Shown here in pieces: positions 51,883 through 64,000 of a stretch of 64,000 nucleotides of DNA (position 1 is the first letter of the stretch; every line of letters starts with the position of its first letter). The stretch covers positions 39,122,001 through 39,186,000 of the forward strand of contig OX597817.1 of the NCBI GenBank assembly GCA_951406725.2, written 5' to 3'. The position numbers and the translations under genes were made by a program. The DNA is from Octopus vulgaris (lineage: Eukaryota). The notes beneath the pieces are model-generated. The model was not told the DNA's origin, did not search any database, and worked only from the letters and a program-made list of their open reading frames with translations.

Positions 51883-51962
51883 GCCGAACTGGACCAGTAT
51901 TGTATGGCTTTTAAAGCCAGCAACCTTGATATCACGCCGATTCAATATATCCGCAGATGGAA
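51883..51962 (+). CDS. SCFD1: Internal coding exon of Sly1/SCFD1
   Basis: tttatgtttcAG acceptor, GTAAGT donor. Encodes AELDQYCMAFKASNLDITPIQYIRRW(K), matching recalled 'ADLEQYKKAL...LNPLQYIKQWK'. Phase 0 in fits exon 556-623; phase 2 out. Confidence 0.92.
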
Positions 51963-54900
51963 GTAAGTAGGACCCTTTTTTCAAAAAGAAAATTATCAAC
52001 TTTTGTTTTATTATTACATCTGAAATAACCGACCTTAAAAGCAGGTGATATGACAATTAAATTTAGTCTAATGTCTAATGAACTTATTGGATACAGTGCT
52101 CAGGTGCACTGCAACTCATCAGGAAAAGTAACCAAAACTGCATGAACTGTACACAGAATATGCACAGGAAGTGAATTTTGAAAAAATCTCTGAAAAAAAA
52201 AAAGATGGGGGTGAAAAAGAAACGTGTGGTGGGGAACCAGGTGTACTGTTGGCAAATTTCAGGAAGCATGGAAGTTTTAAAGGGTGTAGTATCTTGACAG
52301 CTAGTAGTTTATTCCATAGTTCAGCAATTCTGAGCGTGAAAGAATATTTCTTTTACTTTCAGGTAGTTCATTTGTTAAATTATATAATTTTGGTCTTATT
52401 AATGTAATCAATATAAGGCTGTTCATTAGGGTTAGTGATGGTCTACAAGGCCTAGATTTTTACTTTTCTTTTTTAAGGTGATACAAGTTTGTGAAAGAGT
52501 CTTATCTGATTCTATGTATTTCTTAAACATTGTTAGCTTTAAAACAAAAGTGGACGTGATGTGAAATTGCCATCATCGCTTGGGCCAGACAGAGCTTGAG
52601 GCAAATTTTCTATGATCAGATGTCCTTCCTGTCACTAACCCTTACCTGTTTCCAAATAAGGTAATATTTCCTCATGGCTAGGAATGTATTTGCAGAATAT
52701 AGGAAATGAACTACATTTATTTACAACAATCATCCAATGTCAAAAGAAGGAAGTGCATGCGCATGTGCACACATATGCACACGCACACACAGATACATGA
52801 CAGGCTTCTTTTAGTTTTTGTCTACCAAAGCTACTCAAAAAGGCTTTGGTTTGTCTGGGGCTATAGTAGAAGATACTTGCACAAGGAGCTACTCATGGAC
52901 TGAACCTAAATCTATGTAATTTGGAAGCAAACCTCTTTCACAATATCCTTTTCTGGTTCCAGCTGGAGGCTGAGGTTATGTTGGAGCATCGCCTTTCTAT
53001 ATATATATAAAAAAAATACTTGTTAAAAGATATGATAATGCATTCACAGCAGGACTATGATCTAAATTTGCTTTCTTTTAATAGACTAAAATTCTAGTTT
53101 GGTCTTTTTTGTAGAATTTTTCTTTAAAGAAGTTTTGCTACCTTTATTTCCGGTGGTATTATTATTATTATTATTATTATTATTTATATATAAAATCTAG
53201 TTTTGAAGAAATAATAGCGTTATTATTGCACTAAAATTTTATTGTATATTCAAAATGCCAGTTTTGACCAATCAGAAACCCATAAAAAGAGAAACAAATT
53301 AAGAATACTTGTATTGTATGCAGCTTGTGACAGCAATTTCATGTTATCCATAGTTACTCCATACTTGAACTTTCTGCTCTGCTGACTACATTATTGATGA
53401 TGCCGTGTCAGTATTGCAAAGTTAAGTGAAATAAGCAGCAATAGGACTGACAAGAAAAAAATAATGAAGAAACTTGTTCAAATCTAACATGCTTTTGAGA
53501 AATGATTTTATGTCAGTTTAGCTTGGAATCACCCAACTGTTGCAAAAATAAGGGGAAATTATATTTAAACCACATCTTTTATATCCTGACTGTAATTCCT
53601 ATAAAAAAAAAAACGATTTATAAAAAGTTATCCTCTTCTCTGTTACATTTTACATAAATCAAAATATTATTTTCTGAGTCTTCTGTCATTAAATGATATA
53701 TAGTTGTTATATATATTTATAAATATTGATTTCTTCTGATAAGGCATGAGAGCATTTGTTACTGGGAAGTGTATATAAGCAACTGAAGGTACTTACAGTT
53801 GTTTTATGGTTCCCAGACAGATGACAAAGTCAAACCAAGGTTGATTTGAATTCTGAAAGTTGAGATAGAAGACAAACACTGTCAGACATATAGCTTCCTT
53901 TTTATGTATTGATTTTCGTTTCTTATGACCAAAGATTTTAGAAAATCATCTTTTATGGTGCTGGCATAACCGTATGGTTAAAAAGTATGCTTTGTAACCA
54001 TGTAGTTTTGGGTTCAGTTCCACTGTGTGACACCTTGGACAAGTGTCTTCTACCATAGCCACAGGCTGACAAATGCCTTGTGAGTGGGTACTGGTGGCAT
54101 GTGTAAAAGATTCGAGCGAGGTCGTTGCCAGTACCGCCTAACTGGCCCCGTGCCGGTGGCATGTAAAAGCACCCACTACACTCTCGGAGTGGTTGGCATT
54201 AGGAAGGGCATCCAGCTGTAGAAACTCTGCCAGATCAAGATTGAAGCCTGGTGCAGCTGTCTGGTTCGCCAGACCTCAGTCATTCGTCCAACCCATGCTA
54301 GCATGGAAAGCGGATATTAAACGACGATGATGATGATGAAACTGTGTGGAAGTTCATTGTGTGTGTGTGTGTGTGTCTGTCTGTCTTTGTGTTCCCTTCA
54401 CTGCTTGACAACTGGTGTTGGTTTGTTTACATCCTTGTAACTCAGGGATTAGTGAAAGAGACTGATGGAATAAGTAGCACACTACAAAATTAAGAACTGG
54501 GGTCAATTTGTTTGACTAAACCCTTCAAGGCAGTACCCCAGCATGGCTGCAATCCAATAACTGAAGCAAGTAAAAGGAAAAAAAAAAGATTATAATATTT
54601 TAGTACATTAATTTGTTTCTCCTTTAAGTTGACATTAAAAACTGAATGTTTTCCTTTACACATATTCGACAATCCCTCTCCTCACACAACTAGGGGGGGG
54701 AGGAGTATTTCAATGGAATGATGACGTCTATGGTGACAGCAGGATAAGTAGCTTCTTAAAAAAATAAAGAGGAGCAAACTGCATTGTCCTCCTCTTCAGA
54801 GCTGTCACCTATTTTAAAAAGCGATGACAAGTTTTATACTAAGTCCCTCTTGTTAAGCATGAAGGAGCCAAGTTTCTCTGTAGACACATTTAGATCATTC

Positions 54901-56329
54901 TATTCTATGCTCCAGAGAACAAAACAGTTTTACACACAAAAAAAAAAAAAAAAACGAATTGCCATATTGAGTGCACTGCTTTATACATTGGCAAACATGT
55001 GCCAACACATTTTTGGAAGGAATTAGCTTAACTTTTCACATTGATGCTATATAATAAATCCACATATGATTTCGTTGGTAGTGTAAGGAGTAGATTAGCA
55101 TGGCAGACTAAGTGTGCGTGTGCATGTGTGTGCAGTGATGCAGACATAGGTCACTGTGACTTTTCTAGTGGGAGTGGTGCATCTGAGAGAAGCCATATAG
55201 TGGTAGTATGGGTAAGGTAAGGTGGGTGGGTGGGTGTTGGTTGGTGAGGTTCAAATAAGATAATTTTGTATTAGGCCAGTTTTGTATAATTATATACATA
55301 TGCGCATACATATGAACATAAGTATTTACATAAAATACATATATATATATGTATACACACACACCGACATGTGTGTGTGTGTGTATATATGTTTGTATTT
55401 ACAGATATAAACACGAGCATAAACCAAATTCCATGTATATATAAAAATGCATCTCCACACATACATATAGACATAAATGTACACGTTTTCGTGTGTGTGT
55501 GTGTGTGTATGTATATATATATATGTATATATATATATATGTATATGTATATGTAAGGCGGTGAGCTGGCAGAAACGTTAGCATGCCGGGTGAAATGCGT
55601 AGCCGTACTTCGTCCACCGTTACGTTCTGAATTCAAATTCCGCCGTGGTCGACTTTGCCTTTCATCCTTTCGTGGTCAATAAATTAAGTACCAGTTACGC
55701 ACTGGGGGTTGATGTAATTGACTTAATCCGTTCGTCTGTCCTTGTTTGTCCCCTCTGTGTTTAGCCCATTGTGGGTAGTAAAGAAATATATATATATGTA
55801 TGTATTTGTATATTCGTGTAAGTGTATTGCCACACACACACTCACACATGTAGCTGTATGGTTAAGAAGTTAGTTTCACAACCTAATGGTTTGGGGTTCA
55901 GTCCTACTGTACAGCATCTTGGGCAATTGTCTTCTATAGCTCTGGGCCAATCATAGGCTTATGAGTGGACTTGGCAAAACAGGAACTGTATAAGGCTTGT
56001 CCTTCATACACACACACACATATGTGTGTGTGTTGATGTCTCCTGGTGTTGATATTGCATGGTAATTGTAAACAAACATTATCATCATGCAAAGCATTAT
56101 CATTTGTTTGCAATCTTCTGTGAAAGTATGTTTGGTTATTGTGCTGTTCATATTTGAAGAACCAGGAGAATAATCTACTTGCTTGAAAACAGGTGAAGGT
56201 TGGTGACAGGAAGAGCAACTGGCTGTTGAAAAACAAAACTGCCACCAAATTTTGTCTCAGCCATGCAAGCATGGAAAAGCAAAATCATATGCTAAAATGA
56301 TGTTGTTGCTGATATTTTTTTGCCCGCAT

Positions 56330-56729
56330 GCACGCGCACATACACACACATACACACACATACACATACACACACATACACACACAGACACACATACACA
56401 TAGACACGCACACACACATACACATAGACACAGATACACATAGACACAGATACACATAGACACATAGACACAGATACACATAGACACAGATACACATAGA
56501 CACAGATACACAGACACAGATACACATAGACACACGTACAGACACGTACACACACATAGACACGTACACACACATAGACACGTACACACACATAGACACG
56601 TACACACACACACGCGCACACACGCACGCGCACGCACGCACACACACACGTACACACACGCACACACACGTACACACACGCACACACACACACGCACACA
56701 TATACGCACACACATACACACACACACAC
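56330..56729. repeat. Compound CA-rich microsatellite with higher-order units (cacagatacacataga; cacgtacacacacataga)
   Basis: Direct reading. Confidence 0.9.
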
Positions 56730-59700
56730 CTCATATGCATGGCTGCAGTATGGTTAAGAAGTTGGCTTACCAACCAAATAATTCCTGGCTCTGGTCCACT
56801 GCATGGAACCTTGGGTAGGTGTCTTCCATAATAGCCCTAGACTGACCAAAGCCTTTTGAATGAATTTGGTAGATGGAAAATGAAGAAAGCTTGCAGTATA
56901 TGTGTGAATGCTTGTTTTGACATCATGTGATGTGTCTCTCACCATCACGCCAGCAGTGTCATTCATTTCCAGTATTCTGTGAAAGCATGTCCAGCCATGG
57001 TTAAATATTACCTTGCTTCGAAACAGGTGAGAGTTGGTGATAGGAAGGGCATCCATCTGTAGAAAATCTTCCTCAATAAACTCTGTCAGACCCATGCAAA
57101 TATGGAAAATGTGGATGTTAAAACAATGATGCTGGTGTGTATGTGTATACACATACATGCATACACTTAAATATTCATACCATATCTTCATGTGCACACA
57201 TACCAAAATGCCTTGTTTTGTGTTAAAGACAGTAGGGTGTGACTTGAGTGAAGATTTCTTGCTATTTCTAGTGGATTGATCATCTTAATAGAGGCTCCCT
57301 TATTTGCTCAGGATTAAATTTTGTTACCAGTTTTAAATCTGCCGATGATTCATGTGAAGGCAATGAGTGTAGATTCTTTGTAATCACTACTTGAACATTA
57401 AAATCTTTTATGGTCCCCCACTGACCTTATGGATTGTATGATATTCAACCTTGTACTTTAAAACATGCCAGTGCATGCTTGTATGTTTATAATACTGTCT
57501 CCTGAAATAGTGTGATGTGTTAAAGACATTTCCGAATTTTGACAAAGACTTGAAAACTTATATCCCCCACCCCAACACCTGTATAAGTTTCAGCCTTGTT
57601 TGGCATGGCTGCCCCCAACTAAACTTTGATTGCTGACTATAGAAGGAAATGGCTGCATTGCAACCATGTGGCTTCAGGTTCAGTTCCACTGCATGGCTTC
57701 TTAGGCAAGTGTCTTCTACTATGAATCTGGAGCCAACAATTGCTTATGAGTGAATTTAGTAGATGGAAACTATGTGGAAGCCTAGTGAGTGTGTGTGTGT
57801 GTGTATGTAATATATAATCATTGTTTTACATTAGCTTTCCATGCTGGTATGGGTTAGATGGTTTGACATGGAGCTACCTAGCAGGGAGCTGTTCAGACTC
57901 CAGTTGTCTGTTGTGGCATGGTTTCTATGGCTGGATGTCCTTCCTAATGCCAACCACTTAATAGTGTGTGCTGGGTACTTTTTATGTGGCACCGATATAT
58001 CATCATCATCATTTAATATCCACTTTCCATGCTGGCATGGGTTGGACGGTTTGACTTAAATTGATAAACAGGAGAGCTGCACCAATTCCTGTCTGGTTTG
58101 GTATGGTTTCTACAGCTGGATACCCTTCCTAACACCAACCACTCCACTGTTAAGTGGTTGCCATTAGGAAGGGCATCCAGCCATAGAAACCATGTCACAA
58201 CAGACAGTTGGAGTCTGGACAGCTCCCTGCTAACCAGCTCCATCAGACCATCCAACCCATGCCACCATATATTTATGTTTTTGTTGTTGGCATCCTTTTG
58301 ACTCGGGAGACAATGGAGTTGTGCATTAACTAATCCAGTTTTTACATTTCATGTCCTCTCCAGTTTTGCACAGGGCTGGGCTAAATGTAAGAAAATCCTG
58401 GTTAGCTCACTTGTCAGGATTCCTCTCTCGACCTTGCTAATGTAGAGCATTATGTTTGGCACCAGCTTGGTTGCAGGAGCTGCCGGAAAAGTGTCGAGTC
58501 GAACACTAAACTGCCTACGGGGATCCACTCTGGATTTCTTTGAAGGTTGTCTTCTTTCCGTAACCCTGGATAAGGGCCCATACCGGGTACTGTCAGATGG
58601 AGCCAGCTGAGCCTGGGACTTGTGTGTGTGTGTATGTATGTATATATATATATACACACACAAAACAAGTGCACTCTGTAAATTGATTGGCATTAAGGAT
58701 GTCCAACCATAAAAAATATGTTAAAGCAGATATTGGAGCTTGGCACAGACCTCTTGCTCACTTTCTCCTGTCAAACTGTCCAATCCATACCAGCAAAGAG
58801 AACAGATGTTAAATGGTGATAATGGTGATTGTATGTGTATATTTGTGTTGGTCCACAATCATCATTTGACAACTGCTGTTGATTTGTTTGACAACTCCAT
58901 GGTTTAGTGATTCAGCAAAAGAAACTGATAGAATATGTATTAGATTTTAAAACAATAAGTACTGGGGGACAATTTATTTGATTAAACCCTTCAAGGAGAT
59001 ACACAGCCTGGCTGCTGTCCAATGACTAAAACAAAAACTAAAAGATTTAATAATTAGTGAAAATTATAATTTAATTAGCTCTCCAGGCATAACACTAATT
59101 GCCCAATATCAGACTTATTTTCATCCTATCTGCTGCCCTGCATCTCTTTATTCTGAATACTTACATCCAAACACACACATATGCAGCTCATATAGAAGTC
59201 ATAAGTGATTGTTATTTAGTCTACTAATATTTTATTCTTATAACAAATTTTCTAATAGTAATTTCCTTATTGCATTAGTAGAGGCACTAGTGCAGAAATT
59301 GTTGTAGGAAATTAGATAATTAATGAAACGATGTTTGCTCTTAATTATAGCATAATGGAATACTTCCATAATTTTTCCTTGGTATGTTTTTAGTTAAGTG
59401 GAGTACTGAAGCTGAAATCTGCTTCTGATGATTATATAATAATCTATGCATTTTTTGGTTTAATTGAATTTAGGCCAGGGGTTATATGACCCTTTTAAAG
59501 GAGTATCAGAAAAAGATATTGAAACCAGAGGTTTGTTGCAATCAGTGGTGAAGTTATATTTGGGACCACAGCTCCAAATACTGTTCTTGCTGTTGTGGTC
59601 TCTGTGATTGAAGAGCATCAATCAATCAATCAATCATCAAAAAGGAAAATAGATACCATGACTATTTCACTGTTGAGGGGTTGGCAGCCAAACTGTCATC

Positions 59701-60389
59701 CATTTTATGAAAACCTTTGCATCAATGATTCAGATAATTCACTTTGAGACACCATTAGCCATTACTGTGATGTTAGGGTGTTTGATTATTGACTACTATG
59801 AGAATTATTAAAGGGTTCCAATAATACAACATCCCATTGGTGCTACCATTGAAAAACTGATATCAAAACAGTATATTCAAATTTGAACAAACATCCTTCA
59901 TTTGTTTGTAAGAAAAATGGCATTTAAAAACATTTATAAGAAGAATGTAATTATTCGCTGTTTTTTCCTAGTGAAATTATATTATAGATAAATCAAATAT
60001 TTTGTTCATAGAAACCATGCATTAACGTGCTATTGCTATGAAGTTATGGGATTATATTGTTGATATTAGTATAATGTCTCTCAAAATTACACAAAGAATA
60101 GCATATTTTTTTGATCTAAAATAATAAAATCCATCTCGATGCTTTCAGCAAATTTCTCAGATTAATAAAAAATAAAGTAAAACCAACTATTACATGAAAC
60201 ACAGAAATTCACTTTATATGTAAACTGAAAAAATTAGAATTTTTAATTTCTTGCTTACAGATCTCTAGTGAATTCTCTCCACTGAATCTGATGGACTATA
60301 TTCTTCCTAAGCTGGTAGTCCAATGCCTTATCTGCAATAGTTCATTTTCTACAGTTCATTTTCTTTTCTTTATCATTCATTTCTTTTGT

Positions 60390-60768
60390 TGGCATGTTAA
60401 AAACACCATTCGAGCGTGATCGTTACCTGCGTCGCCTTACTAGCACATGTGCTGGTGGCACATGAAAAACATTTGAGCGAGATCGTTGCAAGTGCCGCTG
60501 GACTGGCTGCTGTGCAGGTGGCACATAAAAAGCACCATTTGAGCGTAGCCATTGCCAGTACTGTCTGAATGGCCCTCATGCCGGTGGCACATAAAAGCAC
60601 CCACTACACTCTCAGAGTGGTTGGCATTAGGAAAGGCATCCAGCTGTAGAAACTCTGCCAGATCAGATTGGAGTCTGGTGCAGCTATCTGGTTCGCCAGA
60701 CCTCAGTCAAATCGTCCAACCCATGCTAGCATGGAAAGCGGATGTTAAACGATGATGATGATGATGAT
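60390..60768 (+). mobile_element. Retroposon, same family as 10337-10760
   Basis: Shared subrepeats, 3' end and (GAT)n tail. Confidence 0.75.
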
Positions 60769-61177
60769 TCCTTTTTATCAAATAGTCAAACCCATGCCAA
60801 CATGGACATGAATGTTAAATGATGATGATGATATTAGAATAAGATATCAATGCTTTTAGAATGAATTGCATCCATCTGTTCTATCTGTTGTTTATGAATA
60901 CATCTTTTAGTTGTGAATACCATTTATTTATGAGATACAATGGAATCTGCTCATTATAACCATGGTTAATGTTATCAACCACTTAGTGCTTCCAAAATTA
61001 GTGACATTATTTGTCAGTTATTGTTATCCAAAAAGGCTTTGTCCCATCCACAGCAGTCACAATATGCAGCTTATATTGTATATTTACTTTTTTAACTCTC
61101 AGAAGATACTAAAAAAAAAATTTTGTATCTTTCGAAAATTTCTTTGTTATTTACATTATTTCGCCCACTTCCACATA

Positions 61178-61573
61178 GGCACAGGAGTGGCTGTGTGGTA
61201 AGTAGCTTGCTTACCAACCACATGGTTTCGGGTTCAGCCCCACTACGTGGCACCTTGGGCAAGTGTCTTCTACTATAGCCTCGGGCTGACCAAAGCCTTG
61301 TGAGTGGATTTGGTAAACAGAAACTGAAAGAAGCCCGTCATATATATGTATATATATGTGTGTGTGTTTGTGTCTGTGTTTATACCCCCTACATTGCTTG
61401 ACAACCGATGCTGGTGTATTTATGTCCCCGTAACTTAGCGTTTTGGCAAAAGAGACCGATAGAATAAGTACTAAGCTTACACAGAATAAGTCCTGGGATC
61501 GATTTGCTCGACTAAAAGCGGTGCTCCAGCATGGCCACAGTCAAATGACTGAAACAAGTAAAAGAGTAAAGAG
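61178..61573 (+). mobile_element. SINE, same family as 12936-13339
   Basis: Full-length match. Confidence 0.85.
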
Positions 61574-62083
61574 TATATGCCATTATTTTTTTATGGGACT
61601 TAGAAGTGCAAAGCCTTATAACACTTTCCAGGTCCTCTAAGAGGGGTAGGATGAAGTGTAGCATGCATGATCCTGTTCAGAGCCTCTAAAACTGGCCAAA
61701 AGAAATTATCCTCAAATCAGAAACCTTGCTTAAATGCTTGAAATAGTGTATACTCTGTTCAAAGTACCCAAGGCCAAGTGGTAGCGTTTAACTGAGTGAT
61801 GGTTTAAGTCCTCCACCTAAGAATAGATGGGCTTCTACAGGGTTCTATCTACCAAATTTCATTTACTAGGCTTTGGTTGATTTGTGGGGTTTTTCTTTTT
61901 GTTTTCAAATCACTTTCATTTTTTAGTAAGTACTATGTTTTGTATTTCATAATTGATTTTTCAATCAAACTAATTAATTTTTAATATTTGATCTTAATTC
62001 ATTATTTCAGTATTATTTTATCAAGTATTTTTTTCTTCTGTAAAAATTCATGTCTAACTTTACATATTTTGTCTCTCCAATAG

Positions 62084-62146
62084 AGCCTATACAAAGATCT
62101 CTGTAGGCCCTGCTCAGTATGGTGGTGGTGGAACCAAGACTATTGG
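62084..62146 (+). CDS. SCFD1: Internal coding exon of Sly1/SCFD1
   Basis: gtctctccaatAG acceptor, GTAAGT donor. Encodes (K)AYTKISVGPAQYGGGGTKTI(G), matching recalled 'KAFTKMASAPASYGSTTTKPMG'. Phase 2 in fits the previous exon. Confidence 0.9.
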
Positions 62147-64000
62147 GTAAGTTTTTCATTAAATTGTTATCTTCAGCTTTTTGTTATCATATTTGATGGC
62201 ATATAAAACACACATTTATAAAAAAAAATGTTTCACTAAATCCTGTATACAAAGTTGGGCCTAAACTAAAACTGAATATGAACTTCTGAAATTGTAGTGT
62301 GTTTACTGTCTGTGTGTCTTTTATGCCATCAAATACAGTAGTTTCAGTGTTCGCGTTTTCTTGATAAAGTTGTATATTTATAGTGAATTAATTCTGGCTT
62401 TACCAGCTCCTGTTAGACTGCTCAACCCATGCTAGCATGGAAAACATATGTTAAACGACAATGATGATGTAATCATGGTAAACTTTCTTACAGCAACCAG
62501 AAACATCATCTATTTTTAAATATTTCTTTTCTCTGTTGACAAATTCTCCATGCATAGTCAAGCAAGTCTTGTAAAAAGTATACCAGTTCATGTAAATAAA
62601 TTTATAAGACTTTCTCTTCTACTCTAGAATGGACAAACAAGACTAACACTAAAATGTCCTGGGAACTTCTTCCTTGTTTTTGCTAATATCAATGACTCAT
62701 ACTCCAGCCATGACCATACCTCCCATTTCCTACTAATCTTCAGATGTTGAATTTTGTCTCTCTGCCTCCTTTAAGATCAAAATATCTCACTCACTATATT
62801 ATTATTATTATTATTTTGCTCAAGGTACATTTTCTGTTTCAACTTTTCTTTTTGCTCTCTTCCCATTACTCTTGTTTTAATTGCGCATTAACTCTTTTTG
62901 ATACCAACTTGTCTAGGACCATTTCCGGTTTTCTGTGATGCAAAACACATCCTGATTTTAATTAAACCTTATTATAATTTTATGTATGACCCAACAAAAC
63001 TAGTTGGTTATTTAGCATATTTAACATATACAATATACAGTTGTACACATTGATGTTGTGTATTTATATCTTGGTAGAATTGATCTTTGAAGATTAACTA
63101 ATTTTGCTAGGGACTTGAACAATGTTTGGGAGGGTATTTGAACTGTGAACCTTTTAGTTAGCAGTGAAATTTTTACTACTTGGTCAATTGTGGCTTTCAT
63201 TTTGTTTTCGCATTCCTGTAATTGAAAATTATTTTGTAATTTAATTAACCTAATTGAAGATGGTTGTAAATTTAAGTTATAAATGGACTTGGTCAAGTAT
63301 AGACATGCTGTTGTACATTCAACTTAGCTATTAGTCTATTCTTGTTTCAGGCCATCAACAATTACTGTCCTAGATACTTGATTCTAACTTAAGTGTTTTT
63401 GGCAGAATGATTTGTGTACTGAATGAATTACTAATCCAGAAAGACATTGCTTTGAACCCTTAAGTAAGTCATTGTCAACCTATCACAAATATTTACAATC
63501 CCCTTTTCAAAAGTTGAATGATTTGCAGATAGTAAAACAGTTTTCTTTCAGCTAATTGTGCAAATGTTTAAATTAGTAAAAGCCTTCTAATCTCTGTTAG
63601 AAACGTGACATTATAGACCCATTACTTTTTCCCTAAACCCCATAAGCCATATACATAGCTTCATACTCAGATAACATCATGGATACTTCCTTTAACTATT
63701 CCCCAAGTATAGCTACACTTCAGCTATCAAATCCTACATCAAATACTTAGAAACTGAGTAAGAATAGGCTATAATTAGCACCTTCCAAATCCCTTCACCT
63801 CTCCTCTAGCAAGTCAAAGACAGTCCTCAAGCACTTGCCAAATATTTCATAAACCACATGCTGCCATCTTAGAGGGCACATTAAATAATGTAGTCCTAGA
63901 TACACTGTTTGTAAAAATAGAATAGAAGTTCATGGTTGGAATGTCATTGATCAGCAGTCAACTCTGAGCTTGACCTTGGGTAAAACAACAGCAACACCTT

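Overview
AT-rich, repeat-dense eukaryotic DNA, most likely an octopus (inferred from the SINE/LINE families, not checked). Three short + strand exons (556-623, 51883-51962, 62084-62146) splice in phase into a Sec1/Munc18-family Sly1/SCFD1 segment, so about 99% of the window is SCFD1 intron (one intron of about 51.3 kb, one of about 10.1 kb). Nested antisense in the large intron are: (i) an intact, intronless 658-aa hAT-transposase-derived ORF (ZNF862/C17orf113-like) with a CpG-rich upstream region and only one recognisable terminus, and (ii) a phase-consistent chain of small minus-strand candidate exons that may form an unrecognised multi-promoter gene. The intron also holds several Penelope/retrozyme-type insertions, mostly palindromic, carrying minimal type I hammerhead ribozyme motifs. 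A 31-bp satellite (about 46 copies) has grown inside one such palindrome. The rest is tRNA-derived SINEs, RTE/CR1 LINE fragments, MITEs and microsatellites. Most ORFs in the supplied track are repeat artefacts. Family assignments come from recalled motifs, not database searches.
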